NCBI GenBank assembly: GCA_963812015.1
Contig: CAWETI010000002.1
Span: forward strand, 160,001 to 224,000
Reading direction: 5' to 3'
Length of the DNA: 64,000 nucleotides
Source: an uncultured delta proteobacterium
GTDB lineage: Bacteria > Desulfobacterota > Desulfobaccia > Desulfobaccales > 0-14-0-80-60-11
Below the pieces are notes generated by a model. That model was not told where the DNA came from and did not search any database. It worked only from the letters and a program-made list of their open reading frames with translations. A program made the translations under genes and the position numbers. This document shows positions 46,802-55,105 of this stretch, in pieces; the stretch's first letter is position 1, and each line of letters starts with the position of its first letter.

Positions 46802-49534
46802 GTGGAAAAACATCACAGTTTCCTCAATACCCGGGCCATCATCGAGTATTTCGATGAACACTTGCCGGAAACGCTTCCTGCCTTATTAGAGGGGCTCGGC
46901 CCAGAAATCGCCGTGCTTCCCGACCCCCGGGAATTCCTCATGGAGATCAACAACTGGGTCTCCAGTGAGGTCATTATCAAAATGTTCGATAATGCCAGGC
47001 GCATTACCGGCCGGGAGGAAATCGCCTTCGACCTGGGCTTTCAGTCGGTGGCCCGGAAAAAATTGGGGTATGTCCAGCGGATTCTCTTGTTCGCCTTGAA
47101 GAATCCCCGGCGCAGCCTGAAACGGGCACAGTCCATCAATGACCAGTTCAATAAGAATAAAACCATTGAGATCGTCAAGACCACCCGGGACCGAGGGGTC
47201 ATCAGACTGCACTGGCTCCCGCACATTCCCGGGGTCATTGATTTCTGCCGGTTTAACCAGGGCATTTACTCCGGCATCCCCACGATCTGGAACATGCCGC
47301 AGGCTCAGGTGGTGGAAACCCGGTGTTTCTTCAAAGGGGATGAGTATTGCGAATATCACTTGAAATGGGAAAGAAAGTCTTTCTTCCGGGATTTCTGGCT
47401 GCGCCTGTTGGTGCCCTGGTCCTTGCTCAAGTCCACCATCGAGGAGCTGGAGCAGGACAAAGAGCTGCTGAAACATAAGTTTAACGAGATTCACACCCTG
47501 AACCTGCAATTGCGGGAGAAAATCGACCATCTCCTGTGCCTCCACCAAACCAGCACCGCGGCCATGTCACTATTCCATCTGGAAGATATGGTGCGGGCTT
47601 GCTTGGAACTCCTCATCCAATTTACCAAGCTGGACCGGGTGATTATCTTCCGCCTGGATGACAATGATCTGACGCTTTGTCTCCAGGAGGCCGTCGGCCT
47701 CGACCCCGAACTGGCGGATCGGGTGGGGGACTGCCGAATATCGTTGTTTGAGGCGGATCACCTCATTGCCCGGGCGGCGCGGGAAGGCAACCTGACGGTT
47801 TTCCCCCAAGGTCCCCTGGGAGAACCCGGCCAGTCGGACCCGTTGCTCACCGCCCTGCAATTCCCGGCCGGCGTGGTTGCCCCCCTCATGGTGCGCCAGA
47901 AAATTATCGGGGTGCTCCTGGCCGGGGTCCAGCCCGGAGGCACGATCAGCGACGCGGATCAGGCCTTCGTGGACAGCTTTGCCAACCAGTTGGCCATCGC
48001 CCTGGAGAACGCCGGGCTCTATGGCAGGTTGGAAAAGTCGGAACGCCAATACCGAGGCCTGGTGGAAAACGCCCATGAGGGCATTTGGATTGTGGAAGCC
48101 GACGGCATCATCAAGTTCGCCAATCGGCGGATGGAGGAAATCACCGGCGGGGTAAATTTGGCCGGCAAAAACCTGGCGGATTTCTGGGACCCGGAAAACT
48201 ACCGGATAGTGGAAACGGTTTTGGCTCAAAACCGGCAAGGCCAGGTGGTGCAAAGAGAATTGGAGATTATTTCCGGAGACCGCGGCCCGGTGGCGGTGAT
48301 TATGAGCTCCGTGCCCCTGATGGAAAATGGCCGATTCCTGGGCACGTTTGCCATGTTCAGCGACATCAGTGAACAGAAGACGATGGAAAAACAGCTCCAG
48401 CAGCATCAGAAAATGGAGGCCATCGGCACCCTGGCCGGCGGCATTGCCCATAATTTTAACAACCTCCTCATGAATATCATGGGCTTGACCGGATTGATCC
48501 TGGCCGGCACGGACCCCGACCACCCGGCTCTCGCCGACCTGAAGCTCATCGAGCAGGAAGTGGTGAAAGGCTCGGCCCTCACCAAGCAGTTGCTGACCCT
48601 GGGCCGGAGCGGCAGATTCGCCCCCAAGCCCACCGACCTCAACGCCTTCCTGGATAAGTCCGCCGGGCTGTTTTGCCGCACCCGGAGGGATATTACCATC
48701 ACCCGGGAGCTGGCTGCCGATCTGCCCCCCGTGGAAGTGGACCAGGGTCAGATGGAGCAGGTAATGCTCAATCTGTTCGTCAATGCCTGGCACGCCATGT
48801 CCCGGCAGGGAGAAATGACCCTGACGAGCCGGGCGGAGACCCTCTCCGAGACTTTTTGTGAACCCTACGGGCAGCCGCCGGGGCGCTATGTCCATCTCAG
48901 CCTGACTGATACCGGCAAGGGCATGGATGAGCCGACGTTGGCCCGGATTTTTGAACCCTTTTTCACCACCAAGGACGTGGGCCAGGGCACCGGATTGGGA
49001 CTGGCCACCGTGTATGCCATTATCAAGAATCACCACGGCATCATCAGGGTTGACAGTCAGCCGGGCCAGGGCGCCACGATCCACATCTTTCTGCCGGTGT
49101 CCGCCAACCCGGTGGTTTCCAAGCCAGTCCGGGATGAGGCATTCATCCCCGGGGCCGGGGCCATTCTCCTGGTGGATGACGAGGAGGGCGTCAGGATGGT
49201 GGCCGGAAGGATGCTGGAGCAACTGGGCTACCAACCCCTGTTGGCCCCCAGCGGGTCCCAGGCCCTGGAGATTTACCGCCAGGAAGGGCACCGCATCAAT
49301 CTGGTAATTCTGGATATGGTTATGCCCGGCATGGGCGGCGTCGAAACTTACCAGAAATTGAACGAGCTCGACCCAGGCGTCAAAGTCCTGCTATCCAGCG
49401 GCTACTGCCTGGATGGGGAGTCCCAACAGCTCATGGAGGCCGGGGCCCGGGGGTTCATCCAAAAGCCCTATCGCATCGCGGCCCTGTCTCACCAGGTAGC
49501 GGAAATCCTGGCCGGGTCTGCCTCGGCATCATAG
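46802..49534 (+). CDS. Hybrid sensor histidine kinase (V4R-like N-terminus, GAF, PAS, HisKA, HATPase, REC)
   Basis: ETRCFFKGDEYCEYHLKW; FANQLAIALENA; LAGGIAHNFNN; FEPFFTTK..GTGLGL; LLVDDE...LDMVMP...KP. Confidence 0.92.
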   Translation: MEKHHSFLNTRAIIEYFDEHLPETLPALLEGLGPEIAVLPDPREFLMEINNWVSSEVIIKMFDNARRITGREEIAFDLGFQSVARKKLGYVQRILLFALKNPRRSLKRAQSINDQFNKNKTIEIVKTTRDRGVIRLHWLPHIPGVIDFCRFNQGIYSGIPTIWNMPQAQVVETRCFFKGDEYCEYHLKWERKSFFRDFWLRLLVPWSLLKSTIEELEQDKELLKHKFNEIHTLNLQLREKIDHLLCLHQTSTAAMSLFHLEDMVRACLELLIQFTKLDRVIIFRLDDNDLTLCLQEAVGLDPELADRVGDCRISLFEADHLIARAAREGNLTVFPQGPLGEPGQSDPLLTALQFPAGVVAPLMVRQKIIGVLLAGVQPGGTISDADQAFVDSFANQLAIALENAGLYGRLEKSERQYRGLVENAHEGIWIVEADGIIKFANRRMEEITGGVNLAGKNLADFWDPENYRIVETVLAQNRQGQVVQRELEIISGDRGPVAVIMSSVPLMENGRFLGTFAMFSDISEQKTMEKQLQQHQKMEAIGTLAGGIAHNFNNLLMNIMGLTGLILAGTDPDHPALADLKLIEQEVVKGSALTKQLLTLGRSGRFAPKPTDLNAFLDKSAGLFCRTRRDITITRELAADLPPVEVDQGQMEQVMLNLFVNAWHAMSRQGEMTLTSRAETLSETFCEPYGQPPGRYVHLSLTDTGKGMDEPTLARIFEPFFTTKDVGQGTGLGLATVYAIIKNHHGIIRVDSQPGQGATIHIFLPVSANPVVSKPVRDEAFIPGAGAILLVDDEEGVRMVAGRMLEQLGYQPLLAPSGSQALEIYRQEGHRINLVILDMVMPGMGGVETYQKLNELDPGVKVLLSSGYCLDGESQQLMEAGARGFIQKPYRIAALSHQVAEILAGSASAS

Positions 49535-49629
49535 AATGCCTCGCCAAAAAAAGGGGCGGGGGAACCCCGGGAAAGTCCGAGGCCCAGAGATTAAAGACCC
49601 GCCGGGGACAGGGATTGGCAGGAGCGCGC

Positions 49630-49658
49630 TTGCAACTCCCTAAAATGGTGGTTAAATT
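49630..49658 (+). promoter_or_regulatory. Putative sigma70 promoter of the USP-gap cluster
   Basis: TTGCAA-17 nt-TAAATT, 37 nt upstream of the USP start. Confidence 0.55.
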
Positions 49659-49695
49659 AAAAACCGGTAAATGACCGAAGGGAGATACACGCCTC

Positions 49696-50166
49696 ATGTT
49701 GCCTTTTAAAAGGATTCTTTGTCCCACTGACTTCAGTGAACCAGCTTTGACCGCCTTGCATCGCGCCCAGGAACTGGTCCGGCATTTTGGGGCGGAACTG
49801 CTGGTGGCGCATGTCATTCCGCCGATGCCCGGCCCGCATGCGTTCCCCGACCCCCAGATGGTCTCCACCTTCGACGTGCCCCTGTATCAGCAGGAGCTGG
49901 CTATTTATGCGGAAAAAATGCTCAAAGACCTGGTGTCCCATCAGGTGTCTCCGGAAGTGCGGAGCCGGGACCTGGTGACTACCGGGGAGGCAGCCCCGGA
50001 GATCCTGCGGATCGCCCATCAGGAGCACGTGGACCTCATCGTCATCGCCTCCCACGGGCTGACGGGCTGGCGGCGGCTGGTCTTTGGGTCCGTGGCCGAA
50101 AAAGTGGTGCGCCAGGCCCCTTGTCCGGTGCTGACCATCGTGGCGCCGCCGGAAGAGGGCAAGTAA
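49696..50166 (+). CDS. Universal stress protein
   Basis: KRILCPTDFS, DLIVIASHG..G...FGSVAEKVVRQAPCPVLTI. Confidence 0.93.
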   Translation: MLPFKRILCPTDFSEPALTALHRAQELVRHFGAELLVAHVIPPMPGPHAFPDPQMVSTFDVPLYQQELAIYAEKMLKDLVSHQVSPEVRSRDLVTTGEAAPEILRIAHQEHVDLIVIASHGLTGWRRLVFGSVAEKVVRQAPCPVLTIVAPPEEGK

Positions 50167-50244
50167 GCCGGCAAATGGTCGGTTGCGAATCCTGAGGACA
50201 TGGGACATAATGGGCCATTATGAACTTTGTGGAGGAGGTTGGTT

Positions 50245-51240
50245 ATGACCAAGGTAGCGATTAACGGTATGGGACGGATTGGCCGGGCGGCTTTCAAAAT
50301 CGTCATGGACCAGCCCGAATTGGAGCTGGTGGCGGTCAACGATCTGATGGAGCTGGGAAACCTGGTCTACTTGCTGAATTATGACACGGTGTATGGAGTA
50401 TATAAGCATCGGGTGTCCGCCAATGGCGGCAACCTGGAGGTTGCTGGCAAGATCATAAAATTTTTGAGTGTCAAGGATCCGGCCCAACTGCCCTGGAAGG
50501 ACCTGGGGGTGGAGATCGCCCTGGAGTGCACCGGGCTGTTCACCCAGGCGGAGGGGCTGAGTAAGCATATTGCCGCCGGGGCCAAGTACGCCATGCTGTC
50601 GGCGCCGCCCAAAGGGCCGGAGGTCTGTTGCATCGTCCACGGCGTGACGAAGCCGGGGGCCGACGACCGGATGATCTCCTGCGCGTCCTGCACCACCAAC
50701 TGTATCACCCCGGTGGTGGAGATCATGGGACGGCGGATCGGCATCAAGAAAGCGGTCATGACCACTATCCACGCCTATACCTCCTCCCAGGCCATGGTGG
50801 ACGGCCCCAATAAGAAATGGCGGCGTGGCCGGGCCGGCGCGGCCAACCTGGTGCCCACCTCCACGGGCGCGGCGGTGGCCACCACCAACACTTTGCCCCA
50901 GTATAAGGGCAAATTCGACGGGGTCTCGGTGCGCTGTCCCGTGCCCTGCGGCTCCCTGGCGGATTTGGTGTTCGTGACCGAGCGGGCCACCACGGTGGAA
51001 GAAATTAACAAGATTTTTCAGGAAGAGTCAGAGGGGCGCTATAAGGGTATTTTAGAGTATGCCCAAGACCCCATTGTGTCGTCCGATATCATCATGAACC
51101 CCCATGCGTCCATTTTTGACCCCAGCATGACCCAGGTGGTGGACGGCGACCTGGTCAAGGTCTTTAGCTGGTACGACAACGAATGGGGTTATACCAATCA
51201 GATGGTCAGGGAGACCGTGCGGCTCGCCAAACAAGGGTAA
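50245..51240 (+). CDS. gap: Type I glyceraldehyde-3-phosphate dehydrogenase
   Basis: ATG 50245 after ggaggagg; INGMGRIGR, ASCTTNC, PTSTGAA, WYDNEWGY. Confidence 0.95.
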   Translation: MTKVAINGMGRIGRAAFKIVMDQPELELVAVNDLMELGNLVYLLNYDTVYGVYKHRVSANGGNLEVAGKIIKFLSVKDPAQLPWKDLGVEIALECTGLFTQAEGLSKHIAAGAKYAMLSAPPKGPEVCCIVHGVTKPGADDRMISCASCTTNCITPVVEIMGRRIGIKKAVMTTIHAYTSSQAMVDGPNKKWRRGRAGAANLVPTSTGAAVATTNTLPQYKGKFDGVSVRCPVPCGSLADLVFVTERATTVEEINKIFQEESEGRYKGILEYAQDPIVSSDIIMNPHASIFDPSMTQVVDGDLVKVFSWYDNEWGYTNQMVRETVRLAKQG

Positions 51241-51518
51241 GCCGTGGCCGGGTTCTTTCCCTGGCCTTGCCATCGGCTCCCCCTCCCCCGGTGAGGCGGG
51301 GGTGGAGGGAGTCGAGTTACCGGGAACCCCTGGGGGTTGCCAACCCGTTTCCACTGCCCGCCTGGTCCAGGAGACCGGAACGGTTTCCCGGCCTGTGGCG
51401 ATGGGACCCGGAGCCTGCCTCGGGAGCGGGCCTCCAGGCCAACCCTCGTTACCCGTCGGAAGAGTCTCCATTGACTGAGCTTCCCTGACCCCAAACCCAT
51501 TATGGAAGGAGGGGGTTT

Positions 51519-52670
51519 ATGAAAATATTCACCCGAGAAGAGCTGCGTACTCTCACCGTGCCGCCCCAGGCGCCGTGTGTGTCCATCTATATGCCCACCC
51601 ACCGCGTTGCCACGGAAAATCAGCAAGACCGCACCAGGCTGAAGAATCTGATCCGCCAGGCCCAGGAATCCCTCCAGGCCTTTGGCTTGCGTCCGGCCGA
51701 GGCGGAGTCCTTTCTGGAACCGGTCACCGACCTTTTGGGAGCCATCCCTTTCTGGAAAGACAAGCGGGACGGGCTGGCTCTGTTCATCTCCCCCGGGATG
51801 TTTCGCCAATACCAGCTGCCCACCGCCTTCGAGCCCCTGGTAGTGGTGGCCCACCGGTTCCACGTCAAACCGCTCCTGGGTTTCCTGGGCGGCAATGAAT
51901 TCTTCGTCCTGGCCTTGAGCCAAAATGCGGTCCGGCTCTTCGAGGGGTCCCGCCTAGGACTGAGCGCCATCGATGACCTGGAAGGGGTGCCCAAAAGCCT
52001 GGCCGACGCCCTGAAATACGATGAATTGATCAAACAGGTGCAATTCCGCACCGGCACCGCGGTGGGGGGCGCCAGAGGCGAGCGGGCCGCCATGTTTCAC
52101 GGCCAGAGCGCCGATGATGCGAAAGATAAAATCCTGCGGTACTTCCGCCAGATCGACCAGGGGCTGCAAGACTTCCTCCGGGAGGAACAGGCCCCCTTAG
52201 TCCTGGCCGGAGTGGAGTATCTTCTGCCCATTTACCGGGAAGTAAACACCTATCAGCACCTGTTGGACGAGGGCATCACCGGCAACCCCGAGGGGGTGAG
52301 CCCCGAGGACCTGCACCGGCAGGCCTGGACCCTGGTGGGGCCTTACTTTAAGCGGGAGCAGGAGAAGGCAGCGGCCCGCTACCGGCAGTTGGCCGGCACC
52401 GGCAGGACCGCCAATGATCCCCGGGAGATCGTCCCCGGGGCCTATCATGGCCGGGTGGAGTTCCTGTTTGTGGCGGTGGGCCGCCAGCAGTGGGGGGATT
52501 ACGATCCGGGTGAAAGCCGGGTCGACGTCCATCTGGAAGCCCAGCCCGGCAGCTTCGATCTCCTGGACCTGGCCGCGACCCAAACCCTGTTGCACGGCGG
52601 GGCGGTCTATGCCGTCGAGGCCGCCGAGGTGCCGGATGCGGCGCTACTGGCGGCCGTCTTCCGCTATTAA
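51519..52670 (+). CDS. Bacterial aeRF1-like (baeRF3/7-type) protein
   Basis: CVSIYMPTH, RLKNL, FHVKPLL, LALSQNAVRLF, PLVLAGV, GRVEFL, AAVFRY C-terminus. Confidence 0.82.
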   Translation: MKIFTREELRTLTVPPQAPCVSIYMPTHRVATENQQDRTRLKNLIRQAQESLQAFGLRPAEAESFLEPVTDLLGAIPFWKDKRDGLALFISPGMFRQYQLPTAFEPLVVVAHRFHVKPLLGFLGGNEFFVLALSQNAVRLFEGSRLGLSAIDDLEGVPKSLADALKYDELIKQVQFRTGTAVGGARGERAAMFHGQSADDAKDKILRYFRQIDQGLQDFLREEQAPLVLAGVEYLLPIYREVNTYQHLLDEGITGNPEGVSPEDLHRQAWTLVGPYFKREQEKAAARYRQLAGTGRTANDPREIVPGAYHGRVEFLFVAVGRQQWGDYDPGESRVDVHLEAQPGSFDLLDLAATQTLLHGGAVYAVEAAEVPDAALLAAVFRY

Positions 52671-52894
52671 GGCTGAGGCGGGGCTGGCCGGGGACGGCAA
52701 ACCGAGGGGGGCCGCAGGGGGAGAAATAACCTGGAATTCCTCATTAATTATTCACTTCCCACTCTGACCCTCCTCCCTCAAGGGGGAGGGCAATAATCGC
52801 CCCTCATCCCTAAAGGCACTTCGGAAACGCCGCGTTAGGTCCTAAGGTCTTGAATCCCGACAACTGCCGGCGGACCAAGGAGGATTGGCTGGAT

Positions 52895-53632
52895 ATGGGC
52901 GGCCCGGCCCCCATCCACATCGGCACCTCGGGCTGGCACTACGGGCACTGGCGGGGCCCCTTTTATCCTGAGGGCCTGAGCGCCGACCAGTTTCTCTCCC
53001 ATTATGCCGTCCGCTTCCAAACGGTGGAAATCAACAATTCCTTCTACCAACTGCCTTCGGAGCGGGCCCTCACGACCTGGCGGGACACCGCGCCCCCGGG
53101 CTTCATCTTTGCCGTCAAGGCCAGCCGCTTCATCACCCACATGAAAAAGCTGAAGGACCCGGAGCATTCCCTGCCGCCGTTCCTGGAAAGGGTGGCGCGG
53201 CTGGGTGAGAAGCTGGGCCCCATCCTCTTGCAGTTGCCCCCCCGCTGGCATTTTGATGCGGCCCGGCTGGCCGCCTTCCTTAGGGCGCTGCCGGGAGAGT
53301 ATCGCTATACCCTGGAACTGCGGGATCAGACCTGGATCAATGCCAAGGCTTTGGAGCTCCTGGCCGCCCATGGCGCGGCCTTCTGCATCTATGAGTTGGC
53401 CGGCTATCTGTCCCCCCGGGAGGTCACCGCGGATTTTGTCTATATCCGCCTCCACGGCCCCGGCGGCCCCTATCAGGGCCGTTACGACGACCGGACCCTG
53501 ACGGCCTGGGCCGGGGCCATCGCCGCCTGGAGCCGGCAAGGCCGGGAGGTTTTCTGCTACTTCGACAACGACGAAGCGGGCTACGCCGCCCAAAACGCCT
53601 TGCAGTTGCAGGATATGCTCTTAAAAGGGTGA
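52895..53632 (+). CDS. DUF72 (YecE-like) protein
   Basis: IGTSGWHYGHW..FYP, VEINNSFY, QLPP, YIRLHG, YFDND; ATG 52895 with aggagg SD. Confidence 0.92.
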   Translation: MGGPAPIHIGTSGWHYGHWRGPFYPEGLSADQFLSHYAVRFQTVEINNSFYQLPSERALTTWRDTAPPGFIFAVKASRFITHMKKLKDPEHSLPPFLERVARLGEKLGPILLQLPPRWHFDAARLAAFLRALPGEYRYTLELRDQTWINAKALELLAAHGAAFCIYELAGYLSPREVTADFVYIRLHGPGGPYQGRYDDRTLTAWAGAIAAWSRQGREVFCYFDNDEAGYAAQNALQLQDMLLKG

Positions 53633-53998
53633 GCGGCCCCCTGCCACCCGCACGTCCTCGCCGCAGTCTGCCCCCGGAAGGGAGAGGAGTGGCAAGATTC
53701 TTTGCACAGATAACGAAAAATTATCACGACATAATGATGCGGTTTGCTAGCGGCAGGCCACCATCTACGTCCTCCGGCCTCGGGAGATGCAGTCAAATGA
53801 TCCAGAGGCTTACCCGCATCGGATGGAAATCCAAATAGACATTAGCCCTTCATTCATGCTATCCTTCCTTTGCCCTAAGCTCCATGATTCCTTAACCATT
53901 CCCGGCTTGGGGCGCTCTCCGCATCGGGCCGACTGCCCCGGCGGCAGGGGTCTTTTTCCTGACACCAACCGCTCAAGGTGCTCGCCTGGAGGTGATGC

Positions 53999-54790
53999 AT
54001 GCCCATGAAGCAAGTCGGCTTGGCGCTGGGCGGGGGCGGAGCCAAGGGGCTCAGCCACATCGCCTTTCTCAAGGCTCTGGATGAACTGGGGGTACGGCCG
54101 GCGGTCATCGCCGGCACCAGCATCGGGGCCGTCATCGGCGGCCTCTATGCCGCCGGGGTTTCCGGGGCCGGGCTGGAGGTACTGCTCAAGACCATCGGCT
54201 TCATGGAACTCTACAAGATTGTCCTGGACTTCTCCATCCTGAGCAATTCCGCTATCTTCACCGGCAAGATGGTGGAAGAGTTTCTCGCCCGGCAGATGCC
54301 GTGCCAGACCTTCGAAGAAGTTGAGATTCCCCTTAAAGTCGTCGCCACGGATTTCTGGAACCGCCGGGAGGTGGTATTCGAAAGCGGCAGCCTCATCACC
54401 GCCATCCGGGCCTCCATGGCCCTGCCGGCAATTTTCGAACCGGTACTCCTCAACGACAAGGTCCTCATAGATGGCGGCGCCGTAAATCCCTTGCCGTATG
54501 ATCTCATCCGGCAGGAGTGCGAGCTTTTGATCGCCATCGACGTCTCCGGCGAAAAGACTTATGCCCCCGAGTCGCCGGTCCCCAATATGGTGGAAAGCAT
54601 CCTGTCCACCTTCCAGATCATGCAAGCTTCCATTGTGGAGGCCAAGAAGAGACTTTCCCCGCCTGATATCTATGTAAAACCGGCCCTGACCAATATCCGG
54701 GTGCTGGACTTTTACCGATATAAGGAAATCCTGGCGGGTGTGGAGGATGAGGTGCAAGGGTTTAAGGAAACCTTGCAAAATCTCCTCTAA
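53999..54790 (+). CDS. Patatin-like phospholipase
   Basis: GGGGAKG, GTSIG, DGG motifs. Confidence 0.92.
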   Translation: MPMKQVGLALGGGGAKGLSHIAFLKALDELGVRPAVIAGTSIGAVIGGLYAAGVSGAGLEVLLKTIGFMELYKIVLDFSILSNSAIFTGKMVEEFLARQMPCQTFEEVEIPLKVVATDFWNRREVVFESGSLITAIRASMALPAIFEPVLLNDKVLIDGGAVNPLPYDLIRQECELLIAIDVSGEKTYAPESPVPNMVESILSTFQIMQASIVEAKKRLSPPDIYVKPALTNIRVLDFYRYKEILAGVEDEVQGFKETLQNLL

Positions 54791-55105
54791 ACAGAATTCG
54801 GCTGGAAACCATAGAGGATTGGGCCACACGGTAATCGCCGGTCCAGGCGCGTCAATCTGCCGGTCACTGGGGTTAACTCATGCGGATTACGTTTTAGGGC
54901 ACTTTTTAGGAATAGAATGTTAACACACGATTAAATCTGAAGGTTTCTGCTCTAGATCAGCTATTTTAGGTCGGCAAATTTTCTTTGATATGTTCCCATT
55001 ATCATCAAAGTAAACTGAGCCGAAATTGCCGAGATACCTCAAACATCAATCCTTTCCCAGCTCAATTCGGCCAGGTTCAACCACCCTCCCGGTCAGCTCC
55101 GATGA

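Noticed and set aside
53690..53706. Sigma54-like TGGCAAGATTCTTTGCA
   Set aside because: GG-N11-GC spacing; sigma54 requires N10.
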